From the IMG/VR virus record IMGVR_UViG_3300046387_001332: 64,000 nucleotides of DNA. The stretch is one strand, 5' to 3'. The notes below the pieces were generated by a model. The model saw only the letters and a list, made by a program, of their open reading frames with translations. It ran no database searches and was not told the DNA's origin. Below, one piece after another: positions 6,677-17,907 of the stretch. Both the position numbers and the translations under genes were made by a program. This stretch comes from a virus. The stretch's first letter is position 1. Each line of letters starts with the position of its first letter.

Positions 6677-8935
6677 ATGCAATTAAAAACAGCTCCTAAC
6701 GTAGTAAGCAATACATTAAGTAATACTACTCAGTATTCAATCAAGGCATCAGCAAAAGCATTTAAGATATTAAGTGATGGTTTATATAGTGACAAAATAG
6801 CTGCTCCTATACGAGAGTTATCTACTAACGCATATGATGCTCATGTAGCTCAAGGTAATACTCATACCCCATTTGATGTACACCTGCCATCTGTAGCAGA
6901 GCCTTGGTTCTCTATTAGGGACTATGGCATCGGAATGAGCAAACACGAATTGCAAACTACGTATACTACTTACTTTGATAGCAACAAAACTCATAGCAAC
7001 GACTTTGTGGGCTGTATGGGATTGGGAAGTAAAACTCCTTTTACTCTTAGTGATGCGTTTACGGTTACTTCTGTAAAAAACGGCAAGAAGACTACGGTTA
7101 TCAATTATCTTGATGAAGATGTCCCAAATTTTTCTATTATCTCTGAAGAAAATACCAAAGAAGCATCTGGTACTGAAATTAAGTTTACTCCTACGGAAGC
7201 ACATACCTACGATAAACTTCGTGAGTCTGCTCAACGCATTCTCGGTTACTTTGATGTAACTCCTAATCTTACTATTGGATCAACCAAAGAAGAAGTTAAA
7301 GTTCCTACCAAGAGACTTGAAGGAAAAGATTGGTATTATGTAGATTCACAACTTGCTCATTCTGATTCTATTATTCTTATGGGTAATGTTGCGTATCCAT
7401 TCAATTTCTCTGATGTTGCTGATGACTTTGAGAAAAAGTACGGATGGAGCAACTCCTACGAATATCGTAGACTGGTTAGCAATCTTGTATTTCGTGTTCC
7501 TATCGGTAACTTGGATATTACTGCAAGTCGTGAAGAAATTGGTTGGACAAGTGAAGGTCGTGAATATATGGTTAATTTCGTTGAACGTGTTAACAACGAA
7601 ATTAAGGATATAATGAACGAGCAATTGAATGATTGTGAGAACTTTTGGGATGCTCGTATTCTTTTTAATAGTATGGTTGGTTACAACGAAGAATATTATT
7701 CTGACATTGATCGTGAAGGAAGTGGAAGCATTGGACACTTCAAGTGGACTGAAAAACTAACTTGGAATAAAGTAGATGTATCTGAAAGATACGGAGATGT
7801 TTCCAAGAATCCTAATCTTGAAAAAATGAATTATCGTTTATTTTGGTTGGGTTCTCCCAAAAGAAATAGATACCACGGTGCTGATAAAGTAAATCGTAGA
7901 AGTGATGTACACGGTATCATTCCATTTGATGCTGATGTAGAGTTCTTTCAAAACGATCTACCAACGGGTAGTGTTAGTCGTGTAAATCATTATGTTCGTG
8001 AAAATAAAAATAAAGTTGTTCTTATGTTCAATGAGTTTACTAATAAAGAACGCACATATTTGAAACTCATTGGTTATCCTAATAAAATTCGTGTTACTTC
8101 CGAATTGGAAAAACCACCTTCTAATCGTAATACTTCTACTACAACCAAGGATAATGTAATTGCTTACGAGAAAACCGATGACTACGGATGGAACCCTGCT
8201 GGTAATTGGAGTTCTGAAGAAGAAATTGCTTTGAATACCAAGGACACCATTTATTATGTTCCTATTCGTAATTGGAAAGTTTACTTTCACGATAGTGAAT
8301 ATAATAATACAAACAAACTTGATACTTTACTTGGTAGGGTCATTGAACAAGATGATGTTAAGATTTACGGAATCAAGTATGCTCAAACCAAGAAACTTGC
8401 GAAGTATGAAAACTTCAAGAATGTGTTTGATGTAATTTCCGATTACATTGAATCTTCGTTCAAAAATAAAACTGGTTCTCTTTATCAATCTGTTATTGCA
8501 AGAAAGTTTTATCACTTCAAGCATGATGGTTCTTACAAGGTTGTTAATAATCTACTTAACAATCGTGTATTTAAAAGAGTATGTGTTCTTCTTAAAGAAT
8601 CTGGTAATACTGATACAATAAAAGAATTAATGAAGATTCGTAGAATCATAAACATTAATAATCATTCTGAAAAAAGTGTTTCTGAGAAGGATTCACAATT
8701 ATCTCACGATTTTGAGAATTTCGCAAGATTTACAAACATTTATTGTGAAGGAAACTTGTATTCTAACTTTACTTCTAAGGTGTCATACACCCTCAAGAAC
8801 ATACCTCATATGCTTTCCCAAGATTATCCAATGGTAAGGTTCATGGGTGGTGCTTTGGATGGTTCTGGTTCTTACACTAAATCTATGGAAAATCTCATTG
8901 AATACATGGAATTGGTAAATTCCACCAAAAAGTAA
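6677..8935 (+). CDS. rIIA: rIIA-like lysis inhibitor (GHKL ATPase N-terminus)
   Basis: AFKILSDGLYSDK..IRELSTNAYDAH, IRDYGIG, GLGSKTPF, ASREE motifs; rIIB downstream. Confidence 0.9.
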   Translation: MQLKTAPNVVSNTLSNTTQYSIKASAKAFKILSDGLYSDKIAAPIRELSTNAYDAHVAQGNTHTPFDVHLPSVAEPWFSIRDYGIGMSKHELQTTYTTYFDSNKTHSNDFVGCMGLGSKTPFTLSDAFTVTSVKNGKKTTVINYLDEDVPNFSIISEENTKEASGTEIKFTPTEAHTYDKLRESAQRILGYFDVTPNLTIGSTKEEVKVPTKRLEGKDWYYVDSQLAHSDSIILMGNVAYPFNFSDVADDFEKKYGWSNSYEYRRLVSNLVFRVPIGNLDITASREEIGWTSEGREYMVNFVERVNNEIKDIMNEQLNDCENFWDARILFNSMVGYNEEYYSDIDREGSGSIGHFKWTEKLTWNKVDVSERYGDVSKNPNLEKMNYRLFWLGSPKRNRYHGADKVNRRSDVHGIIPFDADVEFFQNDLPTGSVSRVNHYVRENKNKVVLMFNEFTNKERTYLKLIGYPNKIRVTSELEKPPSNRNTSTTTKDNVIAYEKTDDYGWNPAGNWSSEEEIALNTKDTIYYVPIRNWKVYFHDSEYNNTNKLDTLLGRVIEQDDVKIYGIKYAQTKKLAKYENFKNVFDVISDYIESSFKNKTGSLYQSVIARKFYHFKHDGSYKVVNNLLNNRVFKRVCVLLKESGNTDTIKELMKIRRIININNHSEKSVSEKDSQLSHDFENFARFTNIYCEGNLYSNFTSKVSYTLKNIPHMLSQDYPMVRFMGGALDGSGSYTKSMENLIEYMELVNSTKK

Positions 8936-8999
8936 TATCAATGGATACTAACAAGTCTAAGGAAAGTTTTTTTTGATTTCGCATGAAATTAAAAAAAAG

Positions 9000-9028
9000 T
9001 TGACGAGAGACGTTTTATGAGGTATTAT
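9000..9028 (+). promoter_or_regulatory. sigma70-type promoter
   Basis: A-tract, TTGACG-N17-TATTAT. Confidence 0.65.
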
Positions 9029-9069
9029 TATAATAATTAAATTTAACTTAAAGGAAATATATATAAATT

Positions 9070-9216
9070 ATGAAAGCATCACAACATTGGAAACATCGTT
9101 TAAAGAAAAGGTTTGGAATGGGAAAACAATCTAAACTTGCAAAAAAATACAAGTACCCTTCTATTGAATCAACCAAAAGAAGTAATTTTAACCAAGAGCA
9201 AGATTCACAACAATGA
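9070..9216 (+). CDS. small basic protein (48 aa)
   Basis: MKASQHWKHRLKKRFGMGK...; AAGGA upstream; ATGA overlap with next ORF; read manually. Confidence 0.55.
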   Translation: MKASQHWKHRLKKRFGMGKQSKLAKKYKYPSIESTKRSNFNQEQDSQQ

Positions 9217-9422
9217 GCAAAAAAGCAAGAACCAATTTACCTAATAAAGAGAAACATCCAAAAATATATCAAGTCTCAAAAAAAACCGGTCGAAGTTCCG
9301 GTGCATTGAAAAAAGGTATTTATGGAACTATGGTTACTCCAAAAGTATATAACGCACAAGTTCGTAATAAAAATCGTGCAAGAGCAAAACACGGACTTCC
9401 ACCAATCGAAGAAACAAACTAA
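9213..9422 (+). CDS. small basic protein (69 aa)
   Basis: K/R-rich ORF coupled to upstream ORF. Confidence 0.65.
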   Translation: MSKKARTNLPNKEKHPKIYQVSKKTGRSSGALKKGIYGTMVTPKVYNAQVRNKNRARAKHGLPPIEETN

Positions 9423-9440
9423 AAATAAAGGTTATTTAAA

Positions 9441-11003
9441 ATGCAAAGTATCATCACTGACTCAACTATTACTTTAATCTCCGAAACGGGTCCTTCTGTT
9501 GTCGGTAAAACTCATCCTAACTTCTATAAAATTAAAAAAGCATTGCTTCAAAAAAATTTCCTCGAAGTTGAAAATATGCTTGATGTCAAGGATGGATACA
9601 AAGAATTCTCTAACGGCCGTATTGCCGTTGATGGAGATAATCTTATTTATGATGGAGCAATCATTCACAATGTTCTTACACAACGCATCGTAGAAATGAT
9701 TCATAACGGAGACGAAGCAACACCTATGTTGAACTTCCTCGTTAATCTTATGGATAATCCCTCTGAAGGTAGCATAGATCAACTTTATACCTTCTTGGAG
9801 CATGAGAACCTTCCTATCACCGAAGACGGTTGTTTCCTTGCTTACAAAGCAATTAATCGTGATTATACCGACAAGTATACTGGAAAGATTTCCAATAAGG
9901 TTGGAGATAAAGTAAAAATGCCTTATGAAGAAGTAACTGCTGATCCAACAAAACATTGTTCAAGTGGTCTTCATTGTGGTAGCATTGATTATGTTCGTAG
10001 TTATGGAAACTTTCAAGTTAATGAAAATGGTGAACATACGGGTGATCGTCTTGTTACCGTTAAAGTTAATCCAAGTGCGGTAGTTAGTGTACCGGAAGAT
10101 AGTGATCGTCAAAAGGTTCGTGTTTATCGTTATGTTGTCCATGAAGAAATTGAAAATCCTTATGATTTAGTTCCTAAGTATGAAGCACCTGTATATTATG
10201 ATAGTGAAGGTAATGTATACGATGAAGATGTATTCGGTGATGACGATTACGAAAATTATGAACATTGGGATGAAGATGAATGGACACCGGTAGAAGAACT
10301 TGGTCCTGATGATTCTAATCTTTATTCCGAAAAAGGACCCGAAGGACCTGCGGGTTTTGATTGTGGTAATCCCGTAGAAGGTCTTATTGATTTTGATGAT
10401 GTCAATCGCAAAGAATCTATTATTGCTGGATGTATTCGTCAAAGCACCGACAATCCATTGAAAAAAAATTCTTTCGAAACCAATGATATTGTTGGTGATG
10501 TAGATGTAGATATGTTTGATGCAATGTACAATAATACTGATTATGCAAACGGACAACCTTCCGAAAAAAATTCTTTCGACTCCGTCGAAAAGACAAGTGA
10601 ATCGGAAAGTTGTTTTATTTACGATTGGCACGGAGTAGCAAATACCGAATGGGATGTTATTCACACTATTAATAATGATAAACGACGTGAAGATATGCAC
10701 CCCAATGCACGTGAGATTTTTGAATACTACGAAAATAAGTATGGTATGAATATTACCGATAGTGTTACTATTAATAGCATTATAGGTGATTTAAAAGATG
10801 CTGGATTTGATATGTCCGGTAATCCTCTTAAAGAATCTAAAGATCAAAAAAATTTCCTCGACGAAATGTTTCAAGATGCTTCTTGTTACACAAAAAAGAA
10901 TGCTGAAAAAAATTCCTTCGACGTTGTCGATAAAGACTCTAACGAAGAAAGTGTTGTGAAAGTTGATAAACCAAACAATATTATTCTTCCTGACAATAAC
11001 TAA
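9441..11003 (+). CDS. rIIB: rIIB-like protein with long acidic C-terminal extension
   Basis: NLMDNPS..LYTFLEH..LPITEDGCFLAYK, CSSGLHCG, VKVNPSAVVSVP motifs. Confidence 0.9.
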   Translation: MQSIITDSTITLISETGPSVVGKTHPNFYKIKKALLQKNFLEVENMLDVKDGYKEFSNGRIAVDGDNLIYDGAIIHNVLTQRIVEMIHNGDEATPMLNFLVNLMDNPSEGSIDQLYTFLEHENLPITEDGCFLAYKAINRDYTDKYTGKISNKVGDKVKMPYEEVTADPTKHCSSGLHCGSIDYVRSYGNFQVNENGEHTGDRLVTVKVNPSAVVSVPEDSDRQKVRVYRYVVHEEIENPYDLVPKYEAPVYYDSEGNVYDEDVFGDDDYENYEHWDEDEWTPVEELGPDDSNLYSEKGPEGPAGFDCGNPVEGLIDFDDVNRKESIIAGCIRQSTDNPLKKNSFETNDIVGDVDVDMFDAMYNNTDYANGQPSEKNSFDSVEKTSESESCFIYDWHGVANTEWDVIHTINNDKRREDMHPNAREIFEYYENKYGMNITDSVTINSIIGDLKDAGFDMSGNPLKESKDQKNFLDEMFQDASCYTKKNAEKNSFDVVDKDSNEESVVKVDKPNNIILPDNN

Positions 11004-11020
11004 GATATACATAAATATAT

Positions 11021-11224
11021 ATGAAAAAGTATAATAATAACCATGACCCTCAAGTTGATGTTTTTGTGGTCACCCGTGATAGAAGACGAACTTCCGATAG
11101 GAATTTCACTAACGAAGAAGATGCCAAACGTGAAGCACAATATTGGATTGGCATCTGTAGAAACTACGATCCCTCTTCAAAAGTATCTATCGTTAAAACC
11201 AACAAACCAAGAAAGATTAGGTAA
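11021..11224 (+). CDS. hypothetical protein
   Basis: 67-aa ORF in operon context. Confidence 0.65.
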   Translation: MKKYNNNHDPQVDVFVVTRDRRRTSDRNFTNEEDAKREAQYWIGICRNYDPSSKVSIVKTNKPRKIR

Positions 11225-11226
11225 TT

Positions 11227-11874
11227 ATGTACGATTGGAAATTTGAAGGAGCAGGAGAAACACCCGCAAAGAAAAAAACATCCACGACAAAAAAGAAAGT
11301 TACTGCAAAGAAGACAGCAGGAGAAGGAGTAATGGATACCGTAGAAGGTGATGATAATATCATTTATTTTTATGCCGGTGTTTCTATGAAAGAGAATTTT
11401 ACTTTGAATAAAGAGATTTCTCGTCTTGATCGTGAAATGCAAATGGTATCTCTCAAGTTAGGTCTAAAAGTACCTGTACCTATTCATCTAAGAATTAATA
11501 GTTATGGTGGTAGTGTATTCGCCGCATTTAGTAGTATTGATTATATGAATCAAAGTAAAACTCCTATATTCACTTACATAGACGGATGTGCGGCTAGTGC
11601 AGGTACTATTATGAGTGTATGTGGAACTCAACGATTCATTGGTGAAAATTCTTATATGCTTGTCCACCAACTAAGTTCAGGTATGTGGGGCAAATATCAA
11701 GAACTTCAAGATGATATGAAGAACTCTGATAATTTGATGAAACGCATCAAAGAAATTTATGAAGCAAAAACCAAGATTCCTAAAACAAAAATGGATGAGA
11801 TACTCAAACATGATCTGTGGTGGGATGCACGTACTTGTTTAAAGTATGGTCTTGTAGACGAAATTCTTACTTAA
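11227..11874 (+). CDS. clpP: ClpP-like serine protease
   Basis: INSYGGSVF, AASAGT (Ser), MLVHQL (His), YGLVDEI. Confidence 0.85.
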   Translation: MYDWKFEGAGETPAKKKTSTTKKKVTAKKTAGEGVMDTVEGDDNIIYFYAGVSMKENFTLNKEISRLDREMQMVSLKLGLKVPVPIHLRINSYGGSVFAAFSSIDYMNQSKTPIFTYIDGCAASAGTIMSVCGTQRFIGENSYMLVHQLSSGMWGKYQELQDDMKNSDNLMKRIKEIYEAKTKIPKTKMDEILKHDLWWDARTCLKYGLVDEILT

Positions 11875-11885
11875 TAGATTTTCAT

Positions 11886-12194
11886 ATGTCTCGCAAAAAT
11901 AATTCAGACATCATTGAGATGGAAGGTATAGTTACAAAACTTCTTCCTGGAACAATGTTCGATGTAGAATTTCAACAAGGAGACGCAAAGGTTATGTTAC
12001 TTTGTTCACTTGCCGGAAAACTTAAACAACATTTTATTAAGTTAACGGTGGGTGACAAAGTCCTTGTTGAAATAAGCAAATATGATATGTCAAAAGGTAG
12101 AATTACATATCGTCTTAAAAACAAGAAAAGTTATAATACATCAAACAAGTCTATGCCGATCAAAAGTGGTGGTGTAGGAAAAAAGAAAAAATAG
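11886..12194 (+). CDS. infA: translation initiation factor IF-1 with basic C-terminal tail
   Basis: IEMEGIVTKLLPGTMF..AGKLK..FIKLTVGDKVLVE.SKYDMSKGRITYR; start moved to ATG 11886. Confidence 0.9.
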   Translation: MSRKNNSDIIEMEGIVTKLLPGTMFDVEFQQGDAKVMLLCSLAGKLKQHFIKLTVGDKVLVEISKYDMSKGRITYRLKNKKSYNTSNKSMPIKSGGVGKKKK

Positions 12195-13298
12195 TTACTT
12201 CTTAGTTTTTTTATATAACTCAAGAATACTTTTTTCTTCAACTGATAGTGTTTTAGGAAATTCGGGTTTTACAATTACATATAAATCTCCTTTTGCGTTT
12301 TCACTTCGCATATTAGGCAATCCATAATCTTTTATACGCAAAACAGACTCGGGTTGTGTATTTTGTGGAATTTTCAAATTTACTCCACCATATAGAGAAT
12401 TAATTGTTATATCTGTTCCTATTATCATATCGTAAAATGGTATATGCTCATGGCAGATAAGATCATTTCCGTCTCTTTCAAAATATTCATCTTTTTTAAT
12501 ATGAACTATAACGAATAAATCACCAAATGATCCTTGTCGTCCACCATAATTACCCATGTCAGTTACTCGCAACTTAGTTCCATCTGGACACCCTTTTGGT
12601 ATTTTTATACTCGTTTTCACACGTTCTTGTTTTACACCCGAACCTTTACATGGATTGCATGGATTATTTAATATATGACCACTTCCTCCACACGTTGGGC
12701 AAGTTTGTTGAATTTGCATAGGACCCATTTGTCGGTAAACTGATCCGTGTCCACCACACTGAGTACATGGTTTTAAACTAGAATTGGCAGTTTCTCCTGT
12801 ACCTTCACATGGTTCACACAATCCATTTCTAGTAAAACTAATATTTAATGTTTTATCTTTAATGATATCTTTTAATGTTAATTCAACTTCATGTACTAAA
12901 TTTGATCCTGTAAAGTTTTGCCTAGATTGATTATCTGATGTGTAAAAATGGGAAGAACCTCCGTGATTAGTACGACCTCCTCTTCTTTGATCAAAGAAAG
13001 AGTCAAACATATCAAATGGATCAAATCCTTGGTGATGGAATCCTGGTCCACCGGAATGTCCTCCACGTCCTTGTTGTGTGAACGCATCATGACCAAATTG
13101 ATCATATTGTTGTTTTTTACTTTCATTAGATAATACATCGTATGCTTCCGAAATTTTTTTAAACTTTTCTTCTGCGTCTGGATTATCTTTATTTTTATCG
13201 GGATGCCACTTTATAGCAAGTTTGCGATATGCTTTTTTGATTTCTTCTGGTGTAGCACTTCTTGATACATTTAAAATATTGTAATAATCTTCACTCAT
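12195..13298 (-). CDS. dnaJ: chaperone DnaJ (type I)
   Basis: J-domain HPD, G/F region, four CxxCxGxG motifs, C-terminal domain. Confidence 0.95.
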   Translation of the reverse strand: MSEDYYNILNVSRSATPEEIKKAYRKLAIKWHPDKNKDNPDAEEKFKKISEAYDVLSNESKKQQYDQFGHDAFTQQGRGGHSGGPGFHHQGFDPFDMFDSFFDQRRGGRTNHGGSSHFYTSDNQSRQNFTGSNLVHEVELTLKDIIKDKTLNISFTRNGLCEPCEGTGETANSSLKPCTQCGGHGSVYRQMGPMQIQQTCPTCGGSGHILNNPCNPCKGSGVKQERVKTSIKIPKGCPDGTKLRVTDMGNYGGRQGSFGDLFVIVHIKKDEYFERDGNDLICHEHIPFYDMIIGTDITINSLYGGVNLKIPQNTQPESVLRIKDYGLPNMRSENAKGDLYVIVKPEFPKTLSVEEKSILELYKKTKK

Positions 13299-13382
13299 AA
13301 ATTTGACTTATTGTATGTTTTTAGTATACTTTATGTTTTAAGATTTTTCAACAAAATAAAGTATATTTAGATATTTATATAT

Positions 13383-13784
13383 ATGATAAGTAGGAGTATA
13401 GCCAAACTTCTTGGAAAAAAACAATATAAGTCTGAAATTTTAATCGTAAAAGACAATTTTACTGCTACCTTTTCAAGTAATTCTTTGTTGGAATCCTTGA
13501 AGTGGACAATTCACGGAATCTATGAAGCATCTGGATTTGATCATCTTTCTTTTGACGAAGATATACTAGAAAAGGCAAGTAAAGGAATAGGTGTGTTTGG
13601 TAAAATCAGAGAATTTAAAATATTTAGTGTATCAACTTCGTCTGTTACTTTATTTGATTACACAAGACCAAAAAATGAAGATATTTTATTTATGAATAAT
13701 AAAATGATTTATATACCTGATAAAATTCTTAAAAATTTACGAGAACAGGATGCAAAACTTAGTGAATTAGATTTACTTAAATAA
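13383..13784 (+). CDS. hypothetical protein
   Basis: 133-aa ORF preceded by ATATTTAT. Confidence 0.65.
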   Translation: MISRSIAKLLGKKQYKSEILIVKDNFTATFSSNSLLESLKWTIHGIYEASGFDHLSFDEDILEKASKGIGVFGKIREFKIFSVSTSSVTLFDYTRPKNEDILFMNNKMIYIPDKILKNLREQDAKLSELDLLK

Positions 13785-15120
13785 TTCCATGAGCAATAGC
13801 TGCGTGTGCTACACGTAAAAAACCACCTACATTAGCACCAAGTGTATAATCACCCTCTGTTCCATATTTTCTTGCGTTTTTTAAGCAGTTATCGTGTATC
13901 TGTCTCATTATGTGTCTGAGTTTATTATCTACTTGAGGTAGACCCCATTTATCCCATCCTGCATTTTGTTGCATTTCAAGTGCAGATACTGCTACCCCAC
14001 CTGCATTTACTGCCTTACTAGGTGCGACTACCACTAATTTATCATTAAATACTTTTATTGCTTCTGCGGTACATGGCATATTAGCTGCTTCTACTACGAA
14101 TTTACAATCATTGTCTACCAACATATTTGCATCATCTTCGGTTATCTCATTTTGTATTGCACATGGTATTGCAATGTCACAACGAACTTCCCAAGGTTTT
14201 TTATTAGCATGAAAATCTACACCAAATTTTTCTGCAAATGGTTTTACTACATCTTCGTTAGATGAACGTAAAACTTCCATATATGGAATCATATCTTTTT
14301 TAATCCCATCTTTCATATATACATAACCATCTGGTCCTGATATTGATACAACCTTTGCCCCCATTTCTACTGCTTTTTTTACAACACCAAAAGAAACTTG
14401 ACCAAAACCACTTACCGTAATTATTTTTCCTTTTATATCTGTATGGTGATTTTTTAACATTTCTTCCGCAAAATATATTGTTCCAAATCCAGTTGCTTCT
14501 TTTCTTCCATGAATTCCACCCCAATGCGGTGCTTTACCTGTGATTAATCCTTGTTCATATTTACTATGAAGTGCTTTGTATTGACCAAACAGATACCCAA
14601 TTTCTTTATACCCAACACCTATATCACCCGCAGGTACATCTGTTTTATGACCAAGGTGAGTGTGGAGTTTTATCATGAACGACTGACAAAATCTCATTAT
14701 TTCTAAATCTGTTTTACCATTTGGATCAAAATCACTTCCACCCTTTGCTCCTCCAATTTGTAATCCGGTTAAACTATTTTTGAATGTTTGCTCAAATCCA
14801 AGAAACTTCATTGTTCCTAAATTAACACTTGGATGAAATCTCAACCCACCTTTGTATGGTCCAAGGACACTATTGAATTGTACTCGGTATCCACGATTTA
14901 CATGAACATTTCCTATTTCGTCAATCCAAGGTACACTGAATATAATTTGTTTTTCTGGTTCTGCCAACCTCTCTAGTAAATTAAGTTTTTTAAACTTATT
15001 ATGTTTATCTATTACCATGTGTAAACTTTCATAAACTTCATTTACAGCCTGAATAAAGATTGGTTCAGAGTGGTTTCTTTCTTCCACTCGCCTTATTACA
15101 TCATCCACATACTTGCTCAT
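13777..15120 (-). CDS. gdh: glutamate dehydrogenase, NAD-type signature
   Basis: [31 protein letters not shown]; cofactor loops GFGQV and SGPDG. Confidence 0.93.
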   Translation of the reverse strand: MSKYVDDVIRRVEERNHSEPIFIQAVNEVYESLHMVIDKHNKFKKLNLLERLAEPEKQIIFSVPWIDEIGNVHVNRGYRVQFNSVLGPYKGGLRFHPSVNLGTMKFLGFEQTFKNSLTGLQIGGAKGGSDFDPNGKTDLEIMRFCQSFMIKLHTHLGHKTDVPAGDIGVGYKEIGYLFGQYKALHSKYEQGLITGKAPHWGGIHGRKEATGFGTIYFAEEMLKNHHTDIKGKIITVSGFGQVSFGVVKKAVEMGAKVVSISGPDGYVYMKDGIKKDMIPYMEVLRSSNEDVVKPFAEKFGVDFHANKKPWEVRCDIAIPCAIQNEITEDDANMLVDNDCKFVVEAANMPCTAEAIKVFNDKLVVVAPSKAVNAGGVAVSALEMQQNAGWDKWGLPQVDNKLRHIMRQIHDNCLKNARKYGTEGDYTLGANVGGFLRVAHAAIAHGII

Positions 15121-15138
15121 ACTAATATATATTTACCT

Positions 15139-16561
<1,423 letters not shown>

Positions 16562-16572
16562 AATAAGTAATA

Positions 16573-16857
16573 ATGAAATACTATATAAAAGACTCAACAC
16601 TTAAAGATTCTCCTGTTAAGTTGTTCGATACACCCGAATATGCCGTTGCATATTTAAAAAGTATGGTTCAACGCAAAACTGGTATGAACTATGAACAATA
16701 TTTAACACATCTTGCTGATTTAGGACATTTTGGTTACGATGAACGTGAATTATACGAAAGTATGCGTGATTCAGTAGATATGGGTGTATTGCGAGGAGAA
16801 CAACTTCTTCGTTGCAATATATTCGAAGCAACAATTAGTAAAGATGGAAGTGATTAA
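16573..16857 (+). CDS. hypothetical protein
   Basis: 94-aa ORF after promoter. Confidence 0.7.
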   Translation: MKYYIKDSTLKDSPVKLFDTPEYAVAYLKSMVQRKTGMNYEQYLTHLADLGHFGYDERELYESMRDSVDMGVLRGEQLLRCNIFEATISKDGSD

Positions 16858-16863
16858 TTTATT

Positions 16864-17802
16864 ATGACACAAGTAGCAGCTGGAGAAAAAAAGCAAGTTA
16901 AAGAAAAAAAGTTCAACAAGTATGTGAGTTTTTCTCAATACTCAATGTACTATAAATGCCCACGCAGTTGGAAACTTGCATATGTAGATAACCTTCGTAA
17001 AAAAGAAAGTAACATACACTTGGTGTTTGGAACTTCTATGCACGAAGTTATTCAAGATTATCTTGAAATGATGTACAACCAACCACATCTTGATACTGAA
17101 AGTGTTGATTGGAAAGCAAAGTTATTGCAAACAATGACAACACTTGCCGATGATGAACGTAATCTTATTGATGGTAAGCGTTGTATGGACGATGCCACCT
17201 TTGATGAATTTATCCAAGATGGTAATGAAATACTTGATTATTTGCTTTCGGAAGATGTTCGCAGTAAATTCTTTTCAAAAACTCGTTATTCATTATCTGG
17301 CATTGAAACTTCAATTGATTTAGAAGTTCGTAACAATGTTGGATACATTGGATTTCTTGACGTTGTATTATTTGATAAAATCAATCAAAAGTATAAAATC
17401 ATTGATCTGAAAACATCTACACGTGGATGGAACAAGTGGCAAAAAGCAGATGAAAGTAAAACTCATCAATTGCTTTTGTATAAAGTATTTTATGCTAAAG
17501 AATTTAATGTACCCTTGGATAAAATAGAGGTTGAGTTTATTATTCTTAAACGCAAACACGATCCAGATGATGTTTGGAGTGGGGACCGTATTCAACGATT
17601 TGTTCCACCACATGGTACAATGAGTAGCAAAGAAGCATGGTCAAGTTTCAATAATTTTTTGAATGAATCATTTACCAAAGGTGGTGAATATAATATGGAT
17701 TGTTCATTTCCAAAAACACCTGGTAAAAACAAAAAGAATTGTCGTTATTGCGAGTTTGCAAAAAAGGCCGGAGGTCCGTGTGACGGAAAAGAAGGAGAAT
17801 AA
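16864..17802 (+). CDS. PD-(D/E)XK exonuclease (RecB/Cas4-like, probable Fe-S)
   Basis: SFSQ..CPR, FGT..HE, E..GFLD..IIDLKT, QL..Y, C-terminal CxxC..C. Confidence 0.85.
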   Translation: MTQVAAGEKKQVKEKKFNKYVSFSQYSMYYKCPRSWKLAYVDNLRKKESNIHLVFGTSMHEVIQDYLEMMYNQPHLDTESVDWKAKLLQTMTTLADDERNLIDGKRCMDDATFDEFIQDGNEILDYLLSEDVRSKFFSKTRYSLSGIETSIDLEVRNNVGYIGFLDVVLFDKINQKYKIIDLKTSTRGWNKWQKADESKTHQLLLYKVFYAKEFNVPLDKIEVEFIILKRKHDPDDVWSGDRIQRFVPPHGTMSSKEAWSSFNNFLNESFTKGGEYNMDCSFPKTPGKNKKNCRYCEFAKKAGGPCDGKEGE

Positions 17803-17907
17803 AAGTATTTTAGATTATATTTATATAAAGATAATGCTCAACAGAGATTGTCTAGAATGCTCAAACGAGATTCAAACAAAACTAACAAAATAAAAGAGGA
17901 ATAGAAA

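Noticed and set aside
16864-17802. Cas4 as part of a CRISPR-Cas system
   Set aside because: No other cas genes or array; stand-alone PD-(D/E)XK exonucleases are common in phages.
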